Shown: positions 18,501 to 28,615 of the stretch, piece by piece
Layout: every line of letters starts with the position of its first letter
How positions within the stretch are numbered: position 1 is the first letter of the stretch
Assembly: GCA_038231435.1 (NCBI GenBank)
Contig: JBBRLJ010000034.1
Location: forward strand, 1 to 55,937
Length of the DNA: 55,937 nucleotides
DNA from: Planctomycetota bacterium
GTDB taxonomy: Bacteria > Planctomycetota > UBA11346
Reading direction: 5' to 3'
Notes under the pieces: generated by a model
Seen by the model: the letters and a program-made list of their open reading frames with translations, nothing else
The model's database searches: none
What the model was told of the DNA's origin: nothing
Translations under genes and position numbers: made by a program

Positions 18501-20741
18501 AAGGTGGTGGTGGTGGGCCCCGACGCGATCAGCGAGGCGCTGTCGACGGATCCGCTGTGGTACGCCATGGCGGTGCGCGGCGTGCGCCTGCTGGTGCTCG
18601 ACCAGGCATCGCCCCTGCATTTCCAGGCGACTCCCGCCGACTTCGAGGTCTCGAACCTCTCTGGCCGCATCGCCTTCTCCGAGGATCTCGGCCACCCGGC
18701 GTTCGCCGGCCTCGAGCAGTGCGATTTCTTCACCTGGAGCAAGGACCACGTCGTCTACCGCAACGCCTACCGCAAGGCCACCCGCGGCGCCCGCTCTCTC
18801 GTGCAGTGTGACAGTGAGCTGAACTATTCCGCGCTCGTCGAATGCCAGGTCGCCGACAGCGTGATGCTGCTGAGCCAGCTGGTCGTCGGACAGAAGCTCG
18901 ACTTCGATCCGGTGGCGCAGCGGGTGTTCGACAACCTGCTCGCCTACGCCGCCTCGTACCAGGCGGTGCGCAAGGGCACCGCGGTGGTGGCCGACGCCTC
19001 GACGCCGAAGGGCAAGCTGCTGAAATCCCTCGGCATCCAGTCAGAGGAACGCAAGGATCCACTCGCCGCCATCAGCGGAACCGAGGGCATAGCGGTCATC
19101 GATGCAACGCCCGCCAATCTCAAGACGCTGGCCGGCGCCCTGGACAAGGTCAAGGCCTTCACCGCCAAGGGCGGCTGGCTGATGCTGTGGGGCGTGACTC
19201 CCGAGGGCCTGGCGGATTACAACCGCATCGTCGGCTTCGAGCACGTCATCCGCCCGTTCCAGCTCGAACGCGTGGTGTTCTCGGCGCTGCGCGATCCGCT
19301 CACCTCGGGCCTGACGCTGCGCGACGTGGTGATGGATTCGGGCGAGCAGATGAATTCATGGGCCGGGCTGTGCTGGCCGGACGAGACTGCGTTCTCGCAC
19401 ATCCTGGACTACGACGACATCGCCCCGTTCGCGAAACTGCCGACTCCAGAGCAGTTGGGCAAGCCGGCCGGCGCGAGCGTGCCCCGCTTCGACCACTGGC
19501 CCGCGAACATGGTCAACGGCTTCACCGCCGACGATACCTGGCGCCTGTGCTACTCGATCCTCCTCGACCGCGGCGACAAGACCAAGTGGACGATGGAGCT
19601 GCCGCACGAGGAGGAGCTGACGAACTTCTCCATCGTGCTGAATGTCATTTACCACAAGGTCACCACCATCAACCTGTACTTCGACGAGGATCCGACGCCA
19701 TTCACCATCCACACCCGTCCAACCCACGACCGGCAGGATTTCTCGGTCGCGGGCAAGAAGGCCAGGAAGATCACCATAGAGCTGGCCGAGTGGGAGAAGA
19801 GCGGCACCGGCAACGTCATCGGCGTGGACAACCTGTGGCTCGGCGTGAAGCGGCCGGAGGCGTTCCTCAAGAACGTCAAGCCGCTCCTGAACATCGGGGG
19901 CCTGATGCGCTACAGCATGGGCAAGGGCGGTGTGGTGCTCAACCAGCTGAACATCCTCGAGAAGGAGCAGAAGCCGATCAACGCCGAGAAGAAGGCGAAC
20001 ATCACCAAGGTGCTGCTCAAGAATCTCGGCGCGGTGTTCCAAGGCGGACAACCGGTGGTGGTGGGATCCAGCCTGGCCTACGCGCCGCTGTCCTTCGGCG
20101 AGGGCCGCTACAACGCCTACATCACCAAGGAACATGCCCCGGCGTGGTTCGCTTCCGATCGCGATCTCGGCCACATCCCGGCCGGTGACAACAAGTTCGC
20201 CGGCGTCACCTACCGCCTGCTCGACTTCAAGACTTCGCCAGTGCCATCCTGCGTGATGCTGCAGGGACCGGGCTCGGCGACCACCCAGAAGGAAGTGACC
20301 GGCATACCGGTCGGCGCGACCTGCGACGCGCTGTTCTTCCTCCACGCGTTCAATGCGACGGATGCCGCGAAGCACTGGAAGCAGGACCGCAACCATCCGA
20401 ATCCTCCGGCGCTATTCACCTACGTCGTGCACTACAAGGATGGCAGCGCCGTCTCCGTGCCGGTGGTCTGGAAGGAGGGTGTCGCGCATTGGCGCGATAA
20501 GGAGCCCAAGGCCCTTTCCGGCGCCGCGATCGGCTGGTCGGCGCCCTTCCCAGGTGACGCCTCCGGCGAGCAGGCGACGGTGTACTCGATGCAGTGGGAC
20601 AATCCCACGCCTGGCGTGGCGATCGAATCGATCGACCTGCGCTACGCCGAGGGTGGAGCGCAGTACGGCACGCCCGTGCTCCTCGCGATCACCGCCGCCA
20701 CCGTGCAGAACCCGGCCAAGAAGCCTAGCGCGGCGAAGTGA
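15585..20741 (+). CDS. Large secreted multidomain glycoside hydrolase, family 2-like
   Basis: Signal peptide ending AVQA; ATVFVNG, PRLWWP..PQLY, TRFGFRE..FKLNG, RNHPSVFVWSIENE acid/base motif; long C-terminal extension. Confidence 0.85.
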   Translation: MPIFDRLRSIDRICALVALATLAYALAAGAVQAADFAWIEAETPTSAPPAELGYEAKAWGNASIMSGGKVLQLSVPEGEGEKKLGKDGAVFSYDFTLDGAGKHQAWARIGFEWVRSDFDWRIDSGEWKTLKPSEPTCDLQLIQDWNELAWIMLGEQELTAGKHSLQIRHLPQTRQDKDKTVPARNLHISDCFCISKGPFRPNGRFKPGEDHQAEPDKAAAAKVFEVALGAKPEERASLELSGAWQFARWDEATVKEEERLQPAEALPQELDALPWFGIELPGDRDHRRPEFSMAHRYIYRTRVKIPAEAKGRGFFLDFQNFSMVATVFVNGQRCGWSKACSTSWQCDITPAVKAGEINALAVVFKDCYYAIQDTKDDTRHFFNLPHGFLGNQGVSMKFDMPICWDTRTGILDPVSLVVAGAAYASDVFAKPSVKRKELGLEVTLRNPSAAEITAMVENEAGAMTSGAAPEKTFKPQSVTIPAHGEKTIAIAEPFEKPRLWWPSDPQLYTVTTKVSIGGKPVDVRQTRFGFREWEWDSSMFKLNGVKWQLRADIEYGASPQAFVESARKTGQNMMRYWFAAGWAGMNRRQVLDYFDEQGMCVRNSGIFDGEGANYGLVVNDGGRNVARKPLFDNWIEQLKAWVRTERNHPSVFVWSIENEITYINSCNLGLADIVEPEIQRGADEVMAIDPTRPAMEDGGRALKKGTMPINGCHYNDGIRAFREYPDAAYDTAYWYQHIEREHWPMVPNRPVFHGECFFANGYTPAQFADLDGDRCYIGMSETAHAQGLYGKMLSEGWRWSGVAAFQFWAGHADGSVFNAWQPVCVLCREWNWTFGGGSEITRTLKVLNDTNAAGAIEMGWALTVGGKPVAGKKQTFDVPAGETHDVAISFNIPKVSERTPGELVLTCSRDGKEVFREIKKLIVIDADAGPKPKFAKGELVVIDPAGTVKARLKKRGIDFVEAASAEAVPASAKVVVVGPDAISEALSTDPLWYAMAVRGVRLLVLDQASPLHFQATPADFEVSNLSGRIAFSEDLGHPAFAGLEQCDFFTWSKDHVVYRNAYRKATRGARSLVQCDSELNYSALVECQVADSVMLLSQLVVGQKLDFDPVAQRVFDNLLAYAASYQAVRKGTAVVADASTPKGKLLKSLGIQSEERKDPLAAISGTEGIAVIDATPANLKTLAGALDKVKAFTAKGGWLMLWGVTPEGLADYNRIVGFEHVIRPFQLERVVFSALRDPLTSGLTLRDVVMDSGEQMNSWAGLCWPDETAFSHILDYDDIAPFAKLPTPEQLGKPAGASVPRFDHWPANMVNGFTADDTWRLCYSILLDRGDKTKWTMELPHEEELTNFSIVLNVIYHKVTTINLYFDEDPTPFTIHTRPTHDRQDFSVAGKKARKITIELAEWEKSGTGNVIGVDNLWLGVKRPEAFLKNVKPLLNIGGLMRYSMGKGGVVLNQLNILEKEQKPINAEKKANITKVLLKNLGAVFQGGQPVVVGSSLAYAPLSFGEGRYNAYITKEHAPAWFASDRDLGHIPAGDNKFAGVTYRLLDFKTSPVPSCVMLQGPGSATTQKEVTGIPVGATCDALFFLHAFNATDAAKHWKQDRNHPNPPALFTYVVHYKDGSAVSVPVVWKEGVAHWRDKEPKALSGAAIGWSAPFPGDASGEQATVYSMQWDNPTPGVAIESIDLRYAEGGAQYGTPVLLAITAATVQNPAKKPSAAK

Positions 20742-22878
20742 CGCCGTCCCAGGTCGCGGCTCCGGTCCCCGACCGGTCCGCGCCCGATGACGGCATCCAC
20801 GCCAGCGAGGCGCGGAAGGCGAGGTCGTCGCCGCACCACATGGGGAAGTTCGTTCCCCAGAGGTTGTTGACCAGGTTCAGGTGCAACCCGCCCGCCAGAT
20901 CGGGGTGCTCGTCGGTGAACTCGTAGAGTTGCGGACGCCCCGGAGCGATCAGGTGCGCGTCGGGCGTGAGCAGCTCGAGCCGCTCGCGGCCGTCATCGTT
21001 CAGCGCGCCTCGCCCGACGCCGTGCAGGGGTCGGCCGCCGCGCGCGGCGACCGCGGTGGGATCGACCAGCTGGCCGAGCTTCTCGAAGCGCCAGCGCGAC
21101 GGATCCGCCACCCGCGGCTGGAAGCTCCACCACATCGCCTCTGGCAGCCTGGTCGCGCCCTTGCCGGTCCATGCGACGCGCGCATCCATGCGGCCGCATG
21201 TCCGGCTGTTGGAAAGAGGCAGCGAGATCAGCAGCTGCGCCTCTGCCGGGGCTCCGGCGAGCTCGACCGCGGCTTCGGCGAAGCGCAGGCCGATCGCGAT
21301 CTCCACCCGATCCGCGGCATCGCGACGGCGAACGGAGGCAACCATCGGATCCCACCAGCGCGAGACCGCCGTGGTGCCCTTCAGGCCGAGCTTGGTGAAC
21401 TCCTCGAGCAGCCATTCGCCGGTGCCGGTGCAGTACTGCGCGACGAATCGCCGGCAGTCGGCGTCGTCGAAGGTCTGGTAGCGCAGCCGCGCAAGATGGC
21501 CGCCCGGCGCGACGCGATCGGCGCCGTCGGCGCCGATCAGCGACGAGACGCCGCCATGCGCGGCGTCCAGCCGCATGCGCCAGTCGCCGGCGTGGATCCC
21601 GGCGCCCGGATCGATCACCTGCCACGCATTGGTGTTGGTCATCGCCGGGGAAAGAGCCAGCAGCGCGGCCTCCGCCTCCGCCTTCAGCGGTGGCTCGAGC
21701 GCCTCGACCGCCAGCTCCAGGTAGTCGCGCTGTTCCTGCCAGCTCGCCTCGGCGCCGCGGAAGCAGCCGCGGTGGCGCACGCGCGCGAAGTCCCCGTTGT
21801 CCCAGTGGGTGCGGTCGTGGTGGGTGTGCCCGCTGAAGCTGACGCCCCAGGTGTGCTCGGGAACCAGCAGCATGTTCTTCGAGAAGCCGAGCCAGGCGGC
21901 GCCATCGCGCGCCAGCCGGCCATCGCGCAGCCAATCGGTGCGCAAGCGCTGCAGCGCGCGGAAACGCGTGGTCTTCCGCGGATCGGTACCAGTGCCGTGG
22001 ATCCACGAGTCGCCGATCTCGAGCTCGACCACCGGCAGTCCGGCGGCGCGCGCGACGATCCCGGCGGCCCAGTCGTCCATGCGGCCGGCAACGATCTCGG
22101 CGCCGGGATAGCGCGCCTCGGCGTCGGCGATGTCGGCGCGGATGTCGTGCGTCGAGGGGACCTCCATGTTGTCGCCGACGAAGCGCCACTGCAGAACCTG
22201 GTCGTCGCCGGGCAGGCGTACGGCGTTGGCGTAGCCTGGCTCGTACGCGACCACCAGCTCGTTGCCGAGCGCATCGCGCCAGCGGAAGGCGGGAGGAACC
22301 ACGGGGGAAGGCGACATCGGATTGACGCCGATGTGCAGGAACTCGATGCCGCAGCGGGCGAGCACGCCGACCAGGCCACGGGTGTGACCGGGGACGTCGG
22401 TAAGCTTTGCCGCGCGCGTGATGATGCCGAAGCGGCGATCGAGGCGGCGCGAGAGCTCGCAGCCGAAGGCGCACAGTTCCTCGTCCATCAATTCGGTATG
22501 GGTGGTGAAGGGCAGGGCGTGCCAACTGATGTCGCCTTCGGCCAGCGCGCGCTCGATCTTGCGCAGCGCATCGCCGTCGAGGATCTCGAGCGCCTCGTGC
22601 GCCAGCCACGCTGGCACCGTCCACACGAACGAGCGCTTCCCGCGTTCCTCGCGCAGTCGCCGCGCGGTGTCAGCGGCCACGCCCATCATCCAATGGATGG
22701 CGTCATGGGTGACCTTCGCCGCCATCTCGGTGAAACCCACGTCGAGATGGTTCTTGTACACCTGTACCACGCGCCGCACCGGCATGGATTCGGGATTGGC
22801 GCTGAGATTGGCGGCGGAAGTGGCGGCTGGAACCGCGCCTGGAGCAGGCGAGCGGACAGGTGCGGCGGGAAGTGACAT
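20725..22878 (-). CDS. DUF5054-domain protein (GH38/57-like putative glycoside hydrolase)
   Basis: KNHLDVGFT, WHALPFTTHTE, TDVPGHT, EIGDSWIHG, EHTWG, NLVNNLWGTNFPMW. Confidence 0.8.
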   Translation of the reverse strand: MSLPAAPVRSPAPGAVPAATSAANLSANPESMPVRRVVQVYKNHLDVGFTEMAAKVTHDAIHWMMGVAADTARRLREERGKRSFVWTVPAWLAHEALEILDGDALRKIERALAEGDISWHALPFTTHTELMDEELCAFGCELSRRLDRRFGIITRAAKLTDVPGHTRGLVGVLARCGIEFLHIGVNPMSPSPVVPPAFRWRDALGNELVVAYEPGYANAVRLPGDDQVLQWRFVGDNMEVPSTHDIRADIADAEARYPGAEIVAGRMDDWAAGIVARAAGLPVVELEIGDSWIHGTGTDPRKTTRFRALQRLRTDWLRDGRLARDGAAWLGFSKNMLLVPEHTWGVSFSGHTHHDRTHWDNGDFARVRHRGCFRGAEASWQEQRDYLELAVEALEPPLKAEAEAALLALSPAMTNTNAWQVIDPGAGIHAGDWRMRLDAAHGGVSSLIGADGADRVAPGGHLARLRYQTFDDADCRRFVAQYCTGTGEWLLEEFTKLGLKGTTAVSRWWDPMVASVRRRDAADRVEIAIGLRFAEAAVELAGAPAEAQLLISLPLSNSRTCGRMDARVAWTGKGATRLPEAMWWSFQPRVADPSRWRFEKLGQLVDPTAVAARGGRPLHGVGRGALNDDGRERLELLTPDAHLIAPGRPQLYEFTDEHPDLAGGLHLNLVNNLWGTNFPMWCGDDLAFRASLAWMPSSGADRSGTGAATWDGVTSPR

Positions 22879-22958
22879 GGACGCTCCATGCGCAGGCGAC
22901 TGGGACCGGGACTGCGCGCCATGGTGGCGACATCTATCCGTGGTGGAATCGCCGCATC

Positions 22959-22976
22959 TGCTTATGCAGATAAGCA
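22959..22976. promoter_or_regulatory. Palindromic operator candidate TGCTTAT-GCAG-ATAAGCA
   Basis: AT-rich inverted repeat in the divergent DUF5054/LacI gap, overlapping the LacI start codon. Confidence 0.55.
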
Positions 22977-23971
22977 TGCCTGGCCCGCCTCCTTCGCGTC
23001 CCGCCCCGACCCAGCGCGAGCTGGCGCGCCGCGCCGGAGTCACCCAGGCCTGCGTCAGCATGGCCCTGCGCGGCTCGCCGCGCATCGCACTGGTCACGCG
23101 CACGCGCATCCTGGAGCTGGCGCGCGCCGTTGGCTACCTGCCGGATCTCGCGCTCTCTGCCCTGGCGCGCCGCCGCTGGCAGGCGCCACGCGCAGGGATC
23201 ATCGCCTACTTGGGCAGCCGAGCGCATGGGCTCGATGGCGAGCACGATCGCTACCTCGAGGCCGCCCGCGCGCGCTGTCTCGAGCTTGGGCTGCGCCTGT
23301 GGTACCTGCCGCGCACCCGGGGCGATGACGCCGATGTGCAGCGCGCGCTCGAACGCACGCGCGTGGCCGGCGTGATCGTCGGGCAATCGACGTCGCTCGA
23401 ACGCCCGCGCCGTCTGGCCTGGGAACGTCTGCGCGCGGTGCACTGCGGCCTGATCGTGCCACCGGAATCAGGAGACGTGGTGTGTCCGGACCTGCCATCG
23501 GCGGTGCCCGAGGCCTGGCGACGCCTGGCGGCGCGCGGCCACCGGCGCATAGCCGCGGTGCTGTTCGCAGATCCGCGCGCGCACTCGGAGCAGATGCTCG
23601 CCGGAGCCCTGCTCGCGCTCGAGCGCGCGCACGGTGATCGCGCGCGCCTGCGCGCTTGGATCGGCTCGCGCCGCGACGCGCCGGCCGCGCTCGCGTGGAC
23701 GCGCGCACAGCGCGCGGACGCGATCCTGGGTTACGATCCAGAGTTGCATGACCAGCTGCGCCAGGCGGGGATCAGCGCGCCGTACGCCGCCATGGCCACG
23801 CTGCCCGACCGGCCCGATGTCGCGGGCATGGAGCTGCCCTTCGCCGCGGTCGCGTCGGCCTCGGTCGAACTGTTGGCGGAGCGCATGCGCGACCCGCCAG
23901 GGCCGCCGCCGCGCAGGCGGGTGCATCTCATCGAGATGCGCTGGCGGGAGGGGAGCTCACTCGGCAGGTGA
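22976..23971 (+). CDS. LacI family transcriptional regulator
   Basis: PTQRELARRAGVTQACVSMALRG..RI...TR.RI...A...GY HTH, followed by a periplasmic-binding-like domain. Confidence 0.85.
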   Translation: MPGPPPSRPAPTQRELARRAGVTQACVSMALRGSPRIALVTRTRILELARAVGYLPDLALSALARRRWQAPRAGIIAYLGSRAHGLDGEHDRYLEAARARCLELGLRLWYLPRTRGDDADVQRALERTRVAGVIVGQSTSLERPRRLAWERLRAVHCGLIVPPESGDVVCPDLPSAVPEAWRRLAARGHRRIAAVLFADPRAHSEQMLAGALLALERAHGDRARLRAWIGSRRDAPAALAWTRAQRADAILGYDPELHDQLRQAGISAPYAAMATLPDRPDVAGMELPFAAVASASVELLAERMRDPPGPPPRRRVHLIEMRWREGSSLGR

Positions 23972-24054
23972 GCCGCTCAAAGAGATGCGCTTTCAAGACT
24001 GCTCAGGACTCTCCAGGCCGCACCAGCATCAGGGCCGTCGGTCCGAGCCGTCTG

Positions 24055-24588
24055 TCATTTGGTCGCGGCGATCGACTTCGCGTGGTCGCCGCCGTCGGTG
24101 GTCACCGAGACGGTCATGCCGGCCTTGAGGTCGGCTATCGCCACCTTCTTGCCGTCGAGGGTGATGGTGGTCTTGTCGTCGACCGACATCGTCATCTTGG
24201 TGCCGGCATTGGTCGAGATGGCGATGCTGTCTTGGGTATGGCTGGAGAGCGTGCCGGTGCGCGTCCTGGTGCCATCCGAATTGGTCACCACCTCGTCCGT
24301 GCGCGTGCCGTTGGTGCCGGGCGTGCCGGTCGGCCCTTGGGCGTTCGCTACCGCGGCGTTGCCCGCAGCCGATGGACCGTTGCCGCTCGGCACGGTGGCG
24401 CTGCCCGCGCCGGCGGGCCCCTGGCCGTTCGGGGCGATGGTGCCGCTGCCACCGGCGGAGGGCGCGTCGGGCGATGCGACGAAGCCGCCTCCAGCCGAGA
24501 TCACGCCGTCCTGGGCATGGGCCTGCGCGGGTACGACCTGGGCGGTGACCAGCATCAGCACGGCGGCGAAGAAGGGCGAGGTGGTCAT
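24055..24588 (-). CDS. Secreted low-complexity protein with C-terminal small beta domain
   Basis: Signal peptide ending AHA, G/P/A-rich linker, VDDKTTITLDGKKVAIADLKAGMTVSV. Confidence 0.65.
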   Translation of the reverse strand: MTTSPFFAAVLMLVTAQVVPAQAHAQDGVISAGGGFVASPDAPSAGGSGTIAPNGQGPAGAGSATVPSGNGPSAAGNAAVANAQGPTGTPGTNGTRTDEVVTNSDGTRTRTGTLSSHTQDSIAISTNAGTKMTMSVDDKTTITLDGKKVAIADLKAGMTVSVTTDGGDHAKSIAATK

Positions 24589-24731
24589 GATGGGCTCCAG
24601 TGGATGCAGGCGGGCACCGTCACGTGGACGAGTGGCAGTGGTGTGCTTGCCAGCAAACCCCGGCGGGGATCGCACGCAAGCGATGACGACGCGGGCTTGA
24701 CCGCGCTGCGCCGCGCCATGCGCTGGCGGCG

Positions 24732-25475
24732 ATGTCGGATGCCGCATCGGACCAGGCAGGTGAGGCGATCGACCGCTTCCTGGCGCGCCGCACCCGCCTG
24801 GCATGGCGCGATGTCCGTCACGCCATCCAGCAGTGCCGAGTCACCGTCGATGGCATCGTCTGCAAGCACTACCACCGCGCCCTGCGCCCGGCCGACCTGG
24901 TGGCCCTGGATGGCGTGGTGATCGCCGATGGCCCGGACGACGCGGTGCTCATCTGCCATAAATCCGTTGGCGTGGCCTGCAGCCACCTGCTCGCCGACGC
25001 GCCGCTCATCTACGATCTGGTGCCTTCGGCGCTGCGGCACCCGGATCTGCAGACCGCGGGCCGGCTCGACCGCGACACCACCGGGCTGATCGTGCTCACC
25101 ATCGAGGGCGCGCTGATCCAGCGCATCACCTCGCCGAAACGCGAGCTGTGGAAGCGATATCGGTTCGCGTACACGGGCGCGCTCGTCGCTGACGCCATCC
25201 AGCGAGTCGGGGTGGGCCTGGCGCTGCCCGATGATCCGAGCCCTTGCCTGCCGGCCTGGCTCACCCTGTCTCCCGACCCATCGGCGTCCGGCGGCGCGGG
25301 TACGCTCGAGATCCGCGAGGGTCGCCACCACCAGGTGAAGCGCATGATCGCCGCGCTCGGCGGTAAGATCACACGCCTACACCGCGATCGCATCGGCGCG
25401 CTCGAGCTGCCAGCCGACATCCAGCCGGGGGAGATGCGCGCCGCGCGTCCGCACGAGCTCGACGCGTTGCCCTGA
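24732..25475 (+). CDS. rsuA: RsuA family rRNA pseudouridine synthase
   Basis: S4-like N-terminus, catalytic GRLDRDTTGL, EGRHHQVKRM, LHRDRIG. Confidence 0.85.
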   Translation: MSDAASDQAGEAIDRFLARRTRLAWRDVRHAIQQCRVTVDGIVCKHYHRALRPADLVALDGVVIADGPDDAVLICHKSVGVACSHLLADAPLIYDLVPSALRHPDLQTAGRLDRDTTGLIVLTIEGALIQRITSPKRELWKRYRFAYTGALVADAIQRVGVGLALPDDPSPCLPAWLTLSPDPSASGGAGTLEIREGRHHQVKRMIAALGGKITRLHRDRIGALELPADIQPGEMRAARPHELDALP

Positions 25476-25600
25476 CGTCGGCGCTCGTGAAAGCGTGCTG
25501 CTGGTCAGCCGCGGCCCCACGCACGCGCTGGGCGAGGAAAAGCTGCCGATGTTCCGTATGACCCAGGCGCGCGACGACGTCTGAATCTAGCCGGCGGACC

Positions 25601-26551
25601 TCAAGCCGCCGTTGCGGCGGCGAGGATCGCTTCGGCCTGGGCGAACAGCGCTGGATCCACGTGCTTGCCCGAAACGGAGGCGTTCTCGGCGACCTGCTCG
25701 GCTCGCGACGCGCCGATGATGGCTGAGGCGATGTTCGGCTCGCGCAGCACCCAGGCGAGCGCGAACTGCGCGATCGACATCCCCGCCGATTCGGCGAGCG
25801 GCTTCAGCCGCTGCACCGCCTCGAGCACGGCCGGCTTCATCAGGTCCTGCTTGAAGTGCATGTTCATCGCGCTGTTGGTGGCGCGTGAGCCGGCGGGCGG
25901 CGGCGCTCCCGGCTTGTACTTGCCGGTGAGCACGCCCTGGGCGAGCGGCGACCACACGATCTGCGAGATGCCGTGCTGCTTGCACAGCGGGATGACCTCG
26001 GCCTCGGGGCCGCGCCACAGCATCGAGTACTGCGGCTGGCTCGAGACGAAACGCTCGACCCCGGCCATGGCGATCGCGGCGCGGATCTTGTCGGCCGGCC
26101 ACTCGCTGAAGCCGATGTGCCTGACCTTGCCCTGGCGCACGGCGTCGGTCAGCGCGGACATGGTCTCCTCGAGCGGCGTGTCGGGATCGTAGCGGTGGCA
26201 CTGGTACACGTCGATGTAGGGGGTGCGCAGGCGCGCGAGCGAGGCGTCGAGCTGCTTGACGATCTGCGCGCGCGACAGGCCCTTGTCGGTGGGCGTCATC
26301 GCGAAAAAGAGCTTGGTTGCGAGCACGTAGGAATCGCGCGGCACCCCGGCGAGCGCCTGGCCGAGCACGGTCTCGGCGGCGCCCTTGCCGTAGGCGTTCG
26401 CGGTATCGATCAGGGTGATGCCGGCGTCGAGCGCCGCGCGTACGCACGCCAGCGACTGCTGGGTCTCAACGCCACCGGCATAGGTGAGCCATGAGCCGAG
26501 GGCGATCTCGGATACCAGGGGGCCGTTGGCGCCGAGCTTGCGGTACTTCAT
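25601..26551 (-). CDS. Aldo/keto reductase (Kv-beta/Tas-like)
   Basis: VSEIALGSW, IDTANAYG, LATK, DVYQCHRYD, GKVRHIGFSEW, WSPLAQGVLTGKY. Confidence 0.93.
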   Translation of the reverse strand: MKYRKLGANGPLVSEIALGSWLTYAGGVETQQSLACVRAALDAGITLIDTANAYGKGAAETVLGQALAGVPRDSYVLATKLFFAMTPTDKGLSRAQIVKQLDASLARLRTPYIDVYQCHRYDPDTPLEETMSALTDAVRQGKVRHIGFSEWPADKIRAAIAMAGVERFVSSQPQYSMLWRGPEAEVIPLCKQHGISQIVWSPLAQGVLTGKYKPGAPPPAGSRATNSAMNMHFKQDLMKPAVLEAVQRLKPLAESAGMSIAQFALAWVLREPNIASAIIGASRAEQVAENASVSGKHVDPALFAQAEAILAAATAA

Positions 26552-26762
26552 CGAGGTGCGCTCTTCATCTTCATCGCGGTGTCTTCCTTCAAGCGCGAGC
26601 CCCTGGCCCGCGAGCCGGGAGGATATCGGATCAGCCGAGTCGCGCACCGTCAATCGCACGGACCGGGCGCAAGATGGCAGGGCTTCCAGCACGCCGCCCG
26701 CGTGTTCAGATCACCGTGTGCCCGATTGTCCGCATGAGCGCGTGGTCAAGCGCGGAGGCGCC

Positions 26763-27602
26763 ATGCTGTGCGCGGCGTGCGGAACGGATCTCGCCAGCGG
26801 CATGCGTCCGCTCGCCGGACCTGGACATGAGACGTCCGCTGTCCCGTCGCTCGCGGGGATCCCCACGCGCACGCTGGTCGCCATGGCGGCCGGATTGGCG
26901 ATCGCGACCGTCATCGTGCTGGGCGCCGGCCTGCCGAACTGGATCGTTGCCACCTTGGCGACGCTGTCGCACGAGATGGGGCACGCGACGTTCGGCTGGC
27001 TGCTCGCGCATCCGAGCATCCCGTCTTTCGACTTCGGCCATGGCGGCGGCGTCACCATGGTCGGCGAGCGCAGCGACCTGCTGACCGGCATCTACGCGTG
27101 CGGCCTCGGCGCTTATCTGTGGACGCATCGCCGCAATCGCGTCGGCTGCGTGGTGGTGGGGATCGCCGGTGTGGTCCTCGCCGGCTTGGCTTTCAGCGAT
27201 CTGGGTGACCTGCTGATCCTCTCCGGCGGGCACCTGGGGCACATCGCCATCGCTGGGATCTTCCTCTTCCGCGGGTTGACCGGCGTGTCGGTGGTCCACG
27301 GCGTCGAGCGCTGGCTCTATGCGGTGATCGGTTGGACGATGTTGCTTCAAGCCATGCAGATGTGCTGGGTAGTCGCGTTCGTACCTGAAGCGCAGGACCG
27401 CTACCTGGAGGGCAAGTGCGGCATGGATAACGATTTCGTGCGCATCGCGGACGGAGCCGGGCTCACCTTCCAGGGCGTGGCGGTGTTCCACCTGGTCCTC
27501 AGCCTGCTCGTCCCGGTCGGCGCATGGGCGGTGTGGAATTGGCGCGAACGGCTGGGAACGTGGATCCACGCCATCGCCCGACTGGACGGCCGGTCGTCTT
27601 AG
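26763..27602 (+). CDS. Membrane metalloprotease-like protein (M50-like, HEXXH) with N-terminal CxxC
   Basis: GGAGG RBS, MLCAACG, SHEMGH, several TM segments, C-terminal NDF. Confidence 0.7.
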   Translation: MLCAACGTDLASGMRPLAGPGHETSAVPSLAGIPTRTLVAMAAGLAIATVIVLGAGLPNWIVATLATLSHEMGHATFGWLLAHPSIPSFDFGHGGGVTMVGERSDLLTGIYACGLGAYLWTHRRNRVGCVVVGIAGVVLAGLAFSDLGDLLILSGGHLGHIAIAGIFLFRGLTGVSVVHGVERWLYAVIGWTMLLQAMQMCWVVAFVPEAQDRYLEGKCGMDNDFVRIADGAGLTFQGVAVFHLVLSLLVPVGAWAVWNWRERLGTWIHAIARLDGRSS

Positions 27603-28615
27603 CGCCCGCGCCACTCGCTGGGCGTGCGGCCCTTCCGCTTCTTGAACACCAGGCTGAAGTACTGCGACGAGCTGAAGCCGAGATCGAGCGCGATGTCGGT
27701 CACCGCGTCCGCGCCCGCGCGCAGCCGGCGCGCCGCCTCATCGACGCGCAGGGTGGTGAGGTATTCCAGCGGCGTCTCTCCGACTTCGCGCTTGAAGGCC
27801 ACGGTGAAGTGCGAGGGCGTGAGCCTCACGCGGGCGGCCAGCTCGGGCAACGAGGGCGGATCGGCGAGGCGCGTCGGTAGCCAGGCGAGCAGCTCCGAGA
27901 ATCCCGCGCGCATCGCTCCGCCGAGCGCGCGCTGCGGAGTGGCGCGTTCGCGGTGTGCGATCGCCAGGCGGGTGACGAACACGAACAGCTCGATCAGCAG
28001 CGCCTGGATCTGCAGCACCGTGAGCATGCGCGAGGGGGCATCCTGGCCATCGATGCGGTCGAGCTCGTGGAGCATGCTCCGGTAGATCCGCTCGGCGCCG
28101 TGGCCGCCGGGGATGACCCGGCTGGCGAGCGGTTGATCCTCGGCTACCGCGCAGGCCTCGGCCGCGGCCAGTCCCATGTCGGATCCAGCGATCGCAGGCA
28201 TGAATGGCGGATGCGCAGCGATCCCGCTGTTCTTCAGTGTCGGACTCAGATTCTGATCCGGTGCCTGCCTCGGTACCGAGGTCCGAGTCAAGGACAGCTG
28301 CTCCGGATCGAAGCCGACCGCGAAGTTGTGGTTCGGGTCACGCGGATCGGGAACTCCGGCATGCGCCTCGCCCGGCCTGCTGACGTAGAAGTCGCCGGGA
28401 CCGAGACGGAAGCGCTCGCCGCCGGCGCTCCACTGCGCATGACCGGCGAGGAAGTAGCAGATCTCGAGCGTCGGATGGGTGTGCGCCGGCAGCACATGGT
28501 CCGCAGTGCAGACCGCTTCGTTGACGTGGGTCAGCGCCGGCAGCTCCGCCAGGGGCGATTCGAAGGAATGGAACAGCGTGAAGCTGCCCGGCACCGCGCC
28601 ACGGAACCGGCTCAT
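27599..28615 (-). CDS. AraC family transcriptional regulator
   Basis: Cupin HTHPTLEICY; HTH LAARVRLTPSHF..AFK...IALDLGFSSSQYFS.VFK. Confidence 0.9.
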   Translation of the reverse strand: MSRFRGAVPGSFTLFHSFESPLAELPALTHVNEAVCTADHVLPAHTHPTLEICYFLAGHAQWSAGGERFRLGPGDFYVSRPGEAHAGVPDPRDPNHNFAVGFDPEQLSLTRTSVPRQAPDQNLSPTLKNSGIAAHPPFMPAIAGSDMGLAAAEACAVAEDQPLASRVIPGGHGAERIYRSMLHELDRIDGQDAPSRMLTVLQIQALLIELFVFVTRLAIAHRERATPQRALGGAMRAGFSELLAWLPTRLADPPSLPELAARVRLTPSHFTVAFKREVGETPLEYLTTLRVDEAARRLRAGADAVTDIALDLGFSSSQYFSLVFKKRKGRTPSEWRGR

